Assembly (NCBI RefSeq): GCF_964204645.1
Contig: NC_134030.1
Coordinates: 18,374,210-18,438,209, forward strand
Reading direction: 5' to 3'
DNA: 64,000 bases
Source of the DNA: Tubulanus polymorphus
Lineage: Eukaryota > Animalia > Nemertea
Made by a program: the position numbers and the translations under genes. The notes beneath the pieces were generated by a model. It saw only the letters and a list, made by a program, of their open reading frames with translations. It was not told the DNA's origin and did not search any database. Positions within the stretch are counted from its first letter, which is position 1. Each line of letters opens with the position of its first letter. This document shows, piece by piece, positions 1 through 63,095 of this stretch.

Positions 1-469
1 ATATGTACACATTAGTATGTAGTTTAAATATCCACAGTAGAAAAAGTTGTATTTAGGTCCGTAAGACCGTTAGAGGCTGGGTGACGCAGCCAGTTCACGA
101 GGGTGTAGCAATGTAACAATTATATCATTCACAGTAGAAATAAAAACGAGTAATTCATATTGAGAATGTGAGGTACACATTGTGTTGTTTCTTTTATATA
201 TAGTAAACAGGCGTCGGTGTATGACTGTATTATATTGCAAGTCATTGCAAATAGTGCTGATAGCCTAATCAGATAGATGGCGTGTGTATCAGCAACACAT
301 TCGAGGCCTTACGGTGGCGGGTAGTGGTGAGAACCGATATGGATGTTAGATTTGTGCAAAGGTGGGACGGGCTTTCCTCGTCTCGTGTGGAGAGTACTTT
401 CCGTCCTGTCAAAACAGGGTCCGTTGGTGTTGCGAGGGTAATCGCACCGATCATCTGTCGGCGTATGTA

Positions 470-835
470 TCAACTACGTCTATATTTCAATCTGTTTGGA
501 TTGAGGAGGTTCTTAAAATCATCGATCTGATGTGATCTGAAGCGATTTTTTGTGTGTGACCGCCGGGCGGTATCGATTCGACCAGGTATTCCTTGGTTGT
601 CGAATATTGATATAGCGTTATGTTGATAAAACGACACGTCGGGAGTAAATTGACTGCCCTTAGCATCAGTCCGAGCGGCTGTATATCGAGTCCTGAGAGT
701 GTCTATACATGAGCGGAACGGAAACTGATTTAAACGGTTTTCACCTTATTTTGCATAAATCTTGATTGAAGGATTCGTATGAAGCACATAAAACCGACTA
801 TTATTACGGTATTGAGGTTGAGATGGTGGTGTGCC
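470..835 (-). pseudogene. possible degenerate GIY-YIG endonuclease remnant of the PLE
   Basis: Reading in frame past the stop gives NNSRFYVLHTNPSIKIYAK*GENRLNQ...DTLRTRYTAARTDAK...LLNPNRLK, which loosely follows the PLE GIY-YIG pattern (IYxL..YVGxT..LRxR...LxPxGLN). Confidence 0.35.
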
Positions 836-2702
836 TTACACACATCTCGCGCGGACTAGAATGTCTCTAAGATTTTTGCCGCGTGTAAATAGTATTCTAG
901 GAGGTTCCTTGAATATTATTCTCAGAGTCGCGTTCGATTGGATTATCTTCCAGTGTTTTGTAAGCGACTGACGGATATTATCCGTGTTCGGATGGTATTT
1001 GGTGATCAGTGAGATTGAATCAAATGAGCGCTTTTTTGTGCGCGTGTGTAAGAGATCCGTACGATATCGTTGGTCCGCTTTGTAGATTTGAGCGCGGATT
1101 TCGCGAGCACTATAGCCTCGGGCCCGGAGGTAACCCTGTAGTTTTTTACATTGTGAGCGGTATTCGCTTTCGTCCGAGCAGATTTTCTTAAATCTGAGAG
1201 CCTGTGCGTATGCAATGTTGTTGCTGCAGTGAGGCGGTGACACGATTCTTTGTGTAGGAGCGAGTGTGCGTCCGTGGGTTTTGTGTACACCCTTGTTGAG
1301 AGTTTACCTGAGTTCTCAAAATCTTTCCCTTTGTAGACTTCAACGTCTAGGAAGGGTACCTTCTCCCTTGATTGTGTCAGTTCGTATTGGATGGTACGGT
1401 GTGATTGGTTCATATGTTCGAAAAATTCGAGTAGTTTATCTTCACCGTGGGTCCAGATTGAGAATATATCATCTATATATCTCCAATATAACATGGGTAT
1501 AGTATTGTTCGGTGCCGAGCGGAGACATTTAGTCTCGAGATAATGCATGAATATGATCGCTAGACCCGGGCTGACTGTTGAACCCATGGCGCAACCCTCT
1601 ATTTGAAGGCGGTGTTCGTTTTTCCCGAAAGAGAATTCATTTCTCTTCAGTATTAGATTCAGGAATTGAACGAAGCGTCTTTTGTCTGGACGGCGAACTG
1701 CGTATTGTAGCGGGAAGTCATCTAGACTTCTTAGGATGCTACTGATGGCTTCTCCGTGAGGGATGTTGGTGTATAGACTTTTGACATCCATTGTCACCAA
1801 TATCGCATCTTTCCGGAGGGGAGGGAGGGAATTGATTTTGTTGAGAAAGTCATTGGTATCTTGGATGTATGTTGATACTCGACTCGCGATTGGTCTCAGA
1901 AAATAGTCCAGATATTTGGATATCTTTTCCGTGGGGCCATTGTTGCCGCTTAGGATCGGTCTCCCCGGGTTGTTGACCTTGTGAATTTTCGGTAGAAGGT
2001 AGAACTCGGGGATTTTGATATCAGATCCCGGTGTTAGATATAGCCACGTAACATGGTCTATTTCTTGGTTGTTTCTCATATCGTCTATGATTCTTTTTAT
2101 TTCACTTGTGACTAAAGTAGTGTCGGGTGGAGCGATTGACCGGTAGCTGTTGGTGTCATTTAGCTGTCTCAGAGCTTCTTTTTTGTAAGAGTCTTTGCTC
2201 ATGATAGCTATGGCTCCCCCTTTGTCACAGGGTTTTACAATGAGATCTTTATTCCGATTTAGTTCGTTGATCGCTTTCATCTCGTTTCTCGATAAATTGG
2301 ATTTGAATTTTTGTGTGAGATTGAGTTTTTTGAGCTCTGTACGCGTTAGTTCAATATAACGTTCGAGCCGGCGATCGCCTGATGTAAGCGGATTGAATTG
2401 GCTTTTCCCTTTGAAGGGGTGCAGTGAGTTTTTCTCACGGTTTAAAATATATATTTCAACCTAAGGCGGCGGAAGAAAGCTTCGGCGGCCGTGAGAAGTT
2501 CGTCCTTCTGTGTCGGTGCATTATTGGGTACGAATTTCAGACCCTTGCTTAATGCATTAATGGTGGTTTTGCTAACCACGTGGTCTGATAGGTTGACCAC
2601 AAATCTGTTGTGCTGGGAGGCAGTTGTAGCGGAGGGTTTACCTCGGCTGATGCGTGACCCAGTTGAGTGGTTTTTCCACTGGTTGTTTTTCCTCCTACCC
2701 AT
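836..2702 (-). pseudogene. PLE reverse transcriptase ORF with two frameshifts (~2445, ~1240)
   Basis: VVNLS..LSKGLKFVP..FFRRLRLK; KPCDKGGA; FYLLPKIHK..PGRPI; DVKSLYTNIPH; GCAMGS; YWRYIDDIF; PFLDV; YTKPTD..SCH/PPH..NIAYAQALR..LRARGY..KNLRDILVRA, spread over ORFs 2442-2702, 1006-2280 and 836-1243. Confidence 0.9.
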
Positions 2703-3281
2703 GAGGGGAGTAAGACTGGAATGTGAGTGCGTGATACTGTGAGCAGAGTTCCGCGTGTGTCGTAGTTAGTGAATAGCTAACTATTTATACTCTCTGGGTG
2801 CTCCCGCAGGGCACCAATCGGAGAGTTTGTTGTTTCACAGGCTAATTATCACTGTTACGCGCTGATTGGCTAGAAAATTATTGAGTCACTTGACGTCGTG
2901 TAGTACACATCCGGTGGTGTGTTGTGTGTATATATCGTGATTTGCTAATTGCGTGATCGTTCTTCTGTGTATTTATCAGGTTTTTCACTCCTTCAGTGTA
3001 TGAGGGGGTGATTCTGTGTATAAATTGTGTGGACCGTGATGTTCACGGCAAGTTCTGTTACCCACACGGGATCGTTCGAGTTAGCGATCTACTGGTATTC
3101 CTCAAGTAATTCCGTGCCGTAGCAGGGACCAGTTAACCGTATGGTTGGTTGTAAATAGAACCGATATTGCTATTCTGCTACCGATGTGGGTGGCTGGACA
3201 CACCGTCTATGTTGGCCATTTTCACGTTGAAACAACGGCTTCTACCCGGGGGTAGGAAAAAGAAGACATGTTAAGGTGTTT

Positions 3282-3450
3282 GGGTCCGCTGGACCGTTAG
3301 AGGCTGGGCAACACAGCCAGTTCCACGAGGGTGTAGCAATATGTACACATTAGTATGTAGTTTAAATATCCACAGTAGAAAAAGTTGTATTTAGGTCCGT
3401 AAGACCGTTAGAGGCTGGGTGACGCAGCCAGTTCACGAGGGTGTAGCAAT
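3282..3450. other. tandem pair of a conserved two-hairpin motif in the PLE pseudo-LTR (further copy at 56-112)
   Basis: GGTC-loop-GACC GTTAGA GGCTG-loop-CAGCC AGTT(C)CACGAGGGTGTAGCAAT at 3283-3340 and 3394-3450; stems conserved, loops differ. Confidence 0.7.
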
Positions 3451-3725
3451 GTAACAATTATATCATTCACAGTAGAAATAAAAACGAGTAATTCATATTG
3501 AGAATGTGAGGTACACATTGTGTTGTTTCTTTTATATATAGTAAACAGGCGTCGGTGTATGACTGTATTATATTGCAAGTCATTGCAAATAGTGCTGATA
3601 GCCTAATCAGATAGATGGCGTGTGTATCAGCAACACATTCGAGGCCTTACGGTGGCGGGTAGTGGTGAGAACCGATATGGATGTTAGATTTGTGCAAAGG
3701 TGGGACGGGCTTTCCTCGTCTCGTG
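3339..3725 (-). repeat. PLE pseudo-LTR direct repeat (copy of 1-387)
   Basis: 387-nt match to the window start with no mismatch seen. Confidence 0.95.
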
Positions 3726-5362
3726 ATTATAAGAATTAGTTAAGCAACTCGATGCTGTGTGAAGATCTTTCAATAACTTAAAAAAACTATTTGTGCTTAA
3801 CTTTAGAAAAAGAAGAATTCAACTAATATAGTTGTGATGCCAGAGCGAGCTTCAGATTGAAACAAAAACAAACGAACATCCGTTCTCCGCAACCGACAAT
3901 ACTCGACCGTTTTTATTCTGATTTGTACACGTGATTATACGTCATGACATCGTAACTCAATTCAGTAGCAATGAAACCAGGACGTTTTCCCATTTGTTAA
4001 TAGTTTTTTTTTGTTTACGGAAGGCACGGTTCATTTCAAAATGATTATTTCTAGTGCGCAGGCTTAGGTACGTACGCACGTTTGGCGAGGCGATAGTCAG
4101 ACCTCGCTAGTCTAACTGTTACGTCGTTAGTGGCTTTAAGAGCAAATGCCATCAAAATAAAATATTGTGTAAAAGTCATTTTCAAATGTGATGTATTCAC
4201 AAATTATTATCTTTTTCTTCGCTTGAGTGGCTACCGCTTCTTCGTCAGCCGGCTGGTCGGTTACTTTCTCGACGTTGGAAATTCGCTCCCATCGCCTCTC
4301 CCACGACGAAATTGCCGGTCCAGTTGAAAAAAACGGTTTAATCGGCAGCATTTCGCGAATGTTTACAGCTGTTTCGGGCTGTAGTCTTCACTTATCGATA
4401 TAACCAAAAATGCATATGTATTTTTGATAGAGCGTTACTCGTAAAGCTTTCTCATGTGCGCAACGGAATTTTTGATCGCTTTCAGATCGGCTTCGACGGA
4501 TTCTACACGGGTTGTAAGGTTTGCTAGTAAAGTAGTCATTCGATCAACTTTTTCTTTTACTTCCGGTAGAATGCTGATTTTATGATAATGAAAATAATCT
4601 TTATTTACATTGAAATAATAACATAATATAACACTAAGTTTAATAGGATTTTCTGAAGGATTTCCTGGAGTAGAGTCTCGATGTTGCTGCAGCTTTTACA
4701 CTCTTACACTTAGATTGACGACTCCAATAGAAAGAATAATGAGCGATTGTAAATCACAAGCTTTGGTTGTTTGCAGTTCGGTACTTCTTGCTCAGTCTAT
4801 AGAGTGGAACGGTTTGATTTCGAATCGGCTGTGTATGTCCAGTATTAATACACCACGATTGAATAAAAAATGGCGGACTTATTTGAGGCAATTCCAATTT
4901 TAACACAAAACCAAAAAAGGCCGATTCCGCCATATTGAATTTGAAATCCAACAGTTTTAGGATTTATTTCAATTACGTACATCTTTTCTCAATGTAATTA
5001 ATGTACGGTCGATATAAACATATATCGCACAGGGATCCATAGTTAAAGCTAGATATTGAAATAATCATTGAGCAAAAATACCATATTGCAAGACATCTAG
5101 GGAATTAACTTTTCACTATTGTGAAATAAGGACACTTCCTGCGTCCCCTGGAGTAAAAAGCGATTTTCTTTTGTCCCAACTAATCAAATAAGGTGCAGTT
5201 TATTTACCGATAACTATTTAAATCTATTTCCGTATAAATAAAAATCAACACAGCGAGATACGGGCTTCGATTGATTTAGATATGATCATTTTGTCCATTG
5301 GTAAGGAACTAGTTTGGTAACGTGCCTAGTTTTACTGGGAGTTTTAGATCAGAATCCTGAGA

Positions 5363-5462
5363 ATGATGTTGAAGAACTGTTTCGTACTAATCTGCGTCGT
5401 AGTTTTACTACAACTGGGAAATATACACAGTACAGAATTTTCTCGAATGAGGAGAGATGAAA
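5363..5462 (+). CDS. Gene 1 exon: signal peptide
   Basis: ATG at 5363, hydrophobic core, donor A|GTAAGT; resembles the gene 2 leader (KNxxxLxxxVxLL). Confidence 0.8.
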
Positions 5463-8400
5463 GTAAGTTACTCAAATTATCATGAATGATTTTTTTTGCA
5501 TTGTTTGCGTTGCACTTGTATGTGACATTTCGACACATCCGTTCTTTTCAGGCGATCGGTATATCACAACTCATACACATCGAACCGGCAAGATAACCCA
5601 TGGACAAGAGATAAACTATAGTTGTAGCATAGCGGTTGGAAAGTCAGAACCTAACACAACATTGATATATCAACAGAAGAAACGAAATTCTGAATCATGG
5701 GGCCCGCTTCTTGGAGGTATAGAACCTCACAGATATGTCAAAGAGAAAATACGCGCTTACGCTGATTTAAACTTCACAGCAGATTTCAAACTACACAATG
5801 GAACGTCATTTAGATGTCTAGTAAAGGAAAACTCTACATATCCGAAACCTTGTCAGTTTGATATAATTGTAGTTCATGAAACCGGTAAGTAATGGTTTCT
5901 TAACCATTAGATTCATCAAAAAGCGAGACAAAACTATAATTTATCTGTATAGTTAACGTGTCTTGTGTTTGTAGTTCATTTTCAATTAAAAATGTCTTAG
6001 ATGAAGCACTGAACACATGTGAAGTGTGGACGAACAGTTTATGAAAGTGTGCTGATAAAATGTCTAATATCTGGTGTTTGTAGTTCATTTTCAATTAAAA
6101 ATGTCTCAGATGAAGCACTGAACACATGTGAAGTGTGGACGATCAGTTTATGAAAGTGTGTTGATAAAATGTCTAATGTCTGGTGTTTGTAGTTCATTTT
6201 CAATTAAGAATGTCTCAGGAGAAGCACTGAACACATGTGAAGTGTGGACGATCAGCTTTTGAAAGTGTACTGATAAAATGTCTAATGTCTGGTGTCGCTC
6301 GTATCAAACATGTTTGATATTTTCGCCCGATTATTTACGCCGGTGATCGTATCGCCTGCAAATTCGCTCGTCTGCCCGCACTCGGTGAATTCCGCCGAGC
6401 GATCCATTTTTATCAACAAATAGGATGCGTTGTTGATATCACGTGACTCGTTAACTCCCTTCCATTAAGTGCCAGTCGCTGACCGAATTTCGGTTGGATC
6501 GCTACGTGTGCCCGCTCTTATCGGACGTATTAATTCGTCGGCGAATTTAATCAATTCAGTGAAGTGATACCTCAACTACTCAAACTTCCTCAGTCTTTAA
6601 ATCAACAACTTTACAGTGATAACAGCTTATCATTCATCTCATATTTACTTTCGAATAAAGTGACTTTTCAGGTTGTGATGTTTACGAGGGATCAAATATC
6701 AGTTAACTAAAACGGAAGAGCCTTGTAATATTTGTCCATCATTTATTAGGCTTTATTGTTATTTTCTCTATTATCTAGAAATATTTGTCTATTAGAATAT
6801 CATATCTGGGTAGATTATTTTAGAAATATTATTACATTTAATACATTTAATAGCAGGGCACATTCAGTCGTCGCTATATCGATCCGAAAAGTAGAAAAGG
6901 TCACGTTTTGATAAGGCGAGGCAAATGATTTTAAACAAAAGGGCACATTCAATTTCAAGCTAAGTTGCTTTTTCCTGATCGGGGCGTGGAAGCGTTCGTG
7001 AAAACCAGGCTTTAGGTGGAGATCGAAGCATGATTTTTCTAATTCGGTTGGTTCTTTCTCGTTTCAGATCATTCAACTACTGATCTACCGAAGGTGAGAA
7101 TCTGCCTCTCAAGCCTTAGTCAAATCAGGGAAATGAAACTAACTTCCCTGGTCAAATTAAAACCACGTAACTCTTGAACTAGAGTAAAATAAACCACTCA
7201 GAACTGTGGAACTGGATTCAGATTGTAGAACTGGATTCATAATTGATATGATAATATATTGATTATTATTGGTCTTTTGATCTTTAATTCTGACACATAG
7301 ATTCTGTTTTTCATCCTGCGAGTTTTGTTACATGTATTTCTGGTAATTCCACCTGATGATGGCAACAGTCGAAACCTGTAACAAACACAACTAACACTAT
7401 AATAATAGTTTATTTTTCATTTAACTTAAAGTACAAGATATAATAACGACAATAGTGAAGAGAAATAACAGTTAAATGAAGGAGGCAGTGAAAGCCTAGA
7501 GGCTGTACAGGTCACTGCACCTGAAAAAATTATAATAATTATAGACTGTTGTATTTTTATATTTCAAATATCGCGCCCATACTTTGAAATATATTCAGGT
7601 CCGTAGCAAAAGGAGTAAAATGGTCTAGCGGCCATGAGATCAGATAGACACCTTAATTAGAGAAAAAAATACAATTTAAGAATCCGTCATTTTATTCCAA
7701 AATCAAGATTTTCTGGTTGGTTTGGACCAACAAGATTTTTTTCGCTACGAGTTTCGAATGTCCTCTATGCATGTGCGCAAATCTAATCTAAATCTCATTG
7801 TGTGAATATTTACTTCCTAGACAATTCACTAATTCAATTCATACAATAGTCGTCTGGCCTTTATAGAATGTTTTATGCCCTCTCTAATTACCGAACTCTA
7901 ATTGAAGGCTTGTCACTTTTAAACAATACCTAACAAGTTAACTTAACGTGTCAGTCTACATTGTATTGACATACGAAACCGGCTGAAAAAATCGTGCGAC
8001 ATCGTCGACTATGTCGCTGGACCCTTGTGACGAAGTTGTCATCTGTGTAATGTACAGCGGCCATCCGAAATCTGCCTTCAGAAATAATCTTGATCGGCCA
8101 AAAATTCGTAGCCCTACGGCCCTGTCATATTCAACACATCAAAAATGTCAGTTGGACGGTTTTGCTATGTACTGTATTCTTGTATTGGTATTTGATAATT
8201 AACTTTAATATGGCAAAAATAGCCGAAACGTTGTGGTTTTCGAATAATAAATTCTATCATTTAAAATCCAAATTGTAGGATTTCGTCAAGTGTACACGAA
8301 TTAGTTTAATCGAATTATAAGTTTGATTATTGATTTCTTTTCGAATAAAACGTCATTCAAAAATTCTATTTCATTATTCTTACAACTTTCAGACTAAATC

Positions 8401-9208
8401 AGACCCCTATCACCGGACCATTAAAGACCGAAACACAACTGACCAGCCCACAATTGATCGGACCATTCTCTACTTCGCCTGCGGAGCGACTGGAATCATT
8501 TTGATCGTTATCATCGCTGTTGTCATCATTTGCGTCATTGTCATCATTCGCAGGTTAGTCGACCGGAAAACTCGTCATACATACACTGTGTGGTTCTCCA
8601 TACCCCAGTGATTATGTTAATGAACATCTTATTCTGACAGTTTCAAAATTTTGGCTAAACTAACATTCCTAATTTCTAGCTGGATTGTGAAGTATTGTTA
8701 AGGATGCAAATTTGTTATGATTATTATAATAATCATAACAAATTTGCATCCTTCACAATAATTCCTATACTGCTACATTAAACATTTCAGATACAGACAT
8801 CGTTCGTCCGTTGAAGGTCATGTGGATACTTCAACACAACCGCAACAGCTTGAAACCGGTGAAGGTCATGTGAACACTTCAACTCGACCTCTTCAGCTTG
8901 AATCAAGAAATGACGAGTTGTACATCTACGAAGATCCGGATGATTGCAGAAATTCCGATAATTTTTCAAAAAGAAAACTTCTGAGGAATGCTGAAACTAG
9001 ATTACAACATAACACGCAAACTCATAAAGCCATGAGAGCCGAGAAGGGCAGAGACACAACTCCTTATATGGATATGACAGCCGGGAAGGGTAAAGATACA
9101 ACTTCTTATATGGATATGGAAGCCGGAAAGGACACAGATACAACTCCTTATATGAATATAGAAGCCGGGAAGGCGGCAAGTTTAAAGAAAGAAACAGTTC
9201 ATACATAA
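5363..9208 (+). CDS. Gene 1: single-Ig-domain type I membrane receptor with tyrosine-motif tail; join(5363-5462,5552-5884,7068-7093,8393-8553,8791-9208), 345 aa
   Basis: All introns GT-AG and phases (1,1,0,2) join into one ORF: signal peptide MMLKNCFVLICVVVLLQLGNIHS, Ig C2-like domain, stalk, TM helix, tail with YEDP, YMDM x2, YMNI. Confidence 0.85.
5552..5884 (+). CDS. Gene 1 exon: C-type (C2-set-like) Ig domain
   Basis: TTTCAG acceptor, G|GTAAGT donor, 333 nt; YSC...IYQQK...W...ADFKLHNGTSFRC, homologous to gene 2 exons C1 and C2. Confidence 0.88.
5964..6296. repeat. intronic minisatellite, 109-bp unit x ~3
   Basis: GTGTTTGTAGTTCATTTTCAATTAA recurs at 5965, 6074 and 6183. Confidence 0.9.
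7068..7093 (+). CDS. Gene 1 26-nt micro-exon (stalk, DHSTTDLPK)
   Basis: Pyrimidine tract plus TTTCAG, AAG|GTGAGA donor; converts phase 1 to phase 0 as the flanking exons require. Confidence 0.75.
7345..7378 (+). ncRNA. degenerate minimal hammerhead-ribozyme core (PLE-derived fragment)
   Basis: CCAC-CTGATGA-TGGC AACA GTC-GAAAC; same 5' context as the 21838 copy, but no stem I partner is visible. Confidence 0.4.
8393..8553 (+). CDS. Gene 1 exon: stalk plus transmembrane helix
   Basis: TTTCAG acceptor; ILYFACGATGIILIVIIAVVIICVIVIIR; AG|GTTAGT donor. Confidence 0.85.
8693..8760. repeat. intronic palindrome (perfect 54-bp core, 8700-8753)
   Basis: AAGGATGCAAATTTGTTATGATTATTA/TAATAATCATAACAAATTTGCATCCTT is self-complementary. 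Confidence 0.9.
8791..9208 (+). CDS. Gene 1 last exon: cytoplasmic tail with 48-bp x2 and 42-bp x3 coding repeats carrying tyrosine motifs
   Basis: EGHVDTSTQPQQLE/EGHVNTSTRPLQLE; YIYEDP; DTTPYMDM, DTTSYMDM, DTTPYMNI; TAA ends at 9208. Confidence 0.85.
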
Positions 9209-9600
9209 AATTTGAAACGGAGTTTAAATTGAAAGAAACTTTTATTGAACATTTTGTTTTAACGTTCTTGTGGATTGATCGTAAAAAAATGCGATCCGTA
9301 AATGTATAATTATCCATCTTAAAAATTAAGTATAGTCATAATGTCAAATATGTTAGTATAATCTGTATACACAGTGAACCCTTGATATATTTTCTATACC
9401 GCCAAAATCGTTCTGCACCGACGGGGGCTTTCTGGGTTTGATAGACCTTTTAGATTTTGTCATACTTTTCTATACAAATAAATTTTGATTAACTTGAATT
9501 GAAAAAGAAAACATGCAGGTCGTTACAAACGAGGGTGGAACGACCGTAAGATGACACCAGCTTGATCCGCCGATCGAGACAGGATTTGAAACACGGCTCC

Positions 9601-10005
<405 letters not shown>

Positions 10006-10539
10006 GAGCCAAGAACAGTTGTTTGTAGATGCAGCTCCAAATAGTTAAAATAAAAAATCAATTCGAAGCACTGTAGAAAATATAGGGAAGTTTTCAGTTA
10101 CGGTTAAGTAAAGCGACAATTTTGGACAATTTTGGAACTGGTTGGCAGGGATTGGTTATGTTGAATCTGATCTTTAAGAGGAGCCCCAAGAAGTAGCAAT
10201 TTATACTGTCAACTGACTGAGAATAAATATAATAGGGTGACAAATTATTTAGGAAAAAATGTATAACCCACATTTTATCCAGAGTTTTTGAAATCTGTAG
10301 AATAATCCTTTAATCGTTTTGTCATGAAAAACTCTCTTAGAAACTTTTGTAAAATTTGTTATTATTGCTAAATAAAGTTTTATAATATGCTATTCAATTA
10401 TTTACTATTTCTAGTATTTAAATGTTTTTTTCTCAGCCATCTGTATAATTTGCATGTATCATGATAATTTGTCATACAAGAAATATTTCTTTGACAATAA
10501 AGTTTATCATTATTAATGAAGAATGAAGGTGATCTATTT

Positions 10540-12270
10540 ATAAAACTTACGTCATATCATACCTGGGCCAAACTAAAAGATGATGGGGGTAGAAATATCC
10601 GATTTGAAGAAAATCGATGGGTCTATCAAGAAAGTTAAATAACAAATCAAAGTAAGTATAACATTTTAAACTGGAAGGAGAATATACTGAAGATAAACTT
10701 CAGTGAAAAAGTAAAATCGAAAGTATTTTTTTCTTATCATCTTGTTTATTTGGTTATTATCTTTAAACTTTATGTTTTTTATCTTTTGTAAAATTCAAAG
10801 TCGATTATAACGTTTCTATATGAACACGTACACACTAGAATTTCTGTCACATTATTATTTGATGGGGAGGTTTTCACTGGTTCATCTGTCCTTCCTTTTA
10901 ATTCAAGGAATGTATATAATCCATGTTTTATCGAGAGTTTTTCTGTGATATATTTAGTTTTAGCGGAGCTAGAAGTCTGTCGAATATTCCTTAAATCGTT
11001 TTGTCAAAACTGTCTTAGAAACTTTTGTTTGTTTTGTAAATTTGTTACTATTGCTAAATAAAGTTTTATGATATATATCGATAAGAATCATGAGAATTAA
11101 TATTAAAACATTTTATATTCTGAATGTACATCCACTGTATAACTTGTTAATAATTTCTTTGTAAATAAAGATCTGATAATCATCCAGATAGTTAAATAAT
11201 AGTGTATTTTCGTCTATGCGTAAGACGCTCATTAATTGGCTCATTAATTGCGGTTTGGGCAGGGCTCGCCTGCATCCACCAGAGCCCTGCGCGCAGGGTG
11301 TTACTATACGACTACTTCCAAATACCCAAGAAGTTTCAGCCTGCGCGCAGGGTTTTTATAGTTTACAAAGTAGACATACAAATCAAAACACGCTCAGTAA
11401 AAATGAGACACCGCGTGTGGAAAGTTGTTTATTGATACATTACTTGGTTTTTTGGATTTTATATGTAATGCCTCTTTGATGGTGATTTCAAAGACATTTT
11501 TGACAGAATCAATGATTGAAAAGTTGTGTTTTTAAAGAAAAGTTCAACGCACAATTTTCACATGATGTTAAATGTTCCAATATCGATGAAGGTGAAGTTA
11601 CATGTTCCTTTACATTGTTTTACCAATGTATGTGTTATTTTGAATCACGCAAACATTTGAATTTATAAATTACATTGGCCAACAAGGGTGAAGGTGTACA
11701 CTGGGAAAAGTAGTTCCTTATTTTGGAACTAGTAAAGACAATACGAATGTTCACGTTTGGTATTGTTTGATTAAACCATTTAGTTTTCTGCTAGATATGA
11801 TCGAAGGAAGACCTATGTAAGGGAAAAAAACGATGGGGACACATTTTTCGTTACATGAGACGCTCCGATCATGTTCTATCAGGTGACTAATGTTGATTTG
11901 GTGACGATGATAAAGTCAGAATGAAAAAAGATAAGAATAGTAAAACCGGTTGAAGGCGGTCTGTTGATAAAACTTATGTCATATCAAACCAGGGCATTTC
12001 ATTAAACTATTAGAGGATGGAGCTAGAAATACATGATTTGAAGAAAAACGAGGGATCTGACAAGTAGAGTTAAATAGCAAATTGAAGTGAGTATGATAAT
12101 TTAGAATATACTGTAAATAAACGAACAACTTAAAAAGTGAAATTGAAAGTATTTTTTTTTTGTCTTATCATCTTGTTTATTTGGGTTATCATCTTTAAAC
12201 TTTGTACATAGTTTTTATCCGTCGCAAATTCAAAGTCGATGATACCGTTTCTATATGAATACATATACAC
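10540..12270 (+). repeat. diverged ~300-bp direct duplication upstream of gene 2 (10540-10835 and 11965-12270), each copy with a 5' splice-site consensus
   Basis: ATAAAACTTAYGTCATATCA...GATTTGAAGAAAA...GTTAAATA..AAAT..AA|GTRAGTAT in both copies. Confidence 0.7.
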
Positions 12271-12366
12271 ATGAGACGTGTGAGAGCGCGGGGTTGATTC
12301 CAATCGATTCCAATGATACCAAGTATCCAAACTTATATTCCAAGGTAACGCGTTAAAGCCTTAAAG

Positions 12367-63095
<50,729 letters not shown>

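Larger units (their letters stand above)
1..3725 (-). mobile_element. Penelope-like retroelement (PLE) in partial-tandem pseudo-LTR arrangement; extends past the left window edge
   Basis: PLE-type RT ORF on the minus strand; 1-387 matches 3339-3725 with no mismatch seen (offset 3338), the typical pseudo-LTR layout. Confidence 0.92.

Noticed and set aside
470-2702. Selenoprotein-encoding (Naiad-type) PLE
   Set aside because: The interruptions are TAA stops and frameshifts rather than in-frame TGA at Cys positions, and no N-terminal GIY-YIG is seen.
3300-3345. HDV-like or twister ribozyme (GGCTGGGCAACA, TTCACG, GGTCCGTAAG and GAGGG look-alikes)
   Set aside because: I could not build the nested double pseudoknot or the twister core on either strand in both copies, so the motif is left unassigned.
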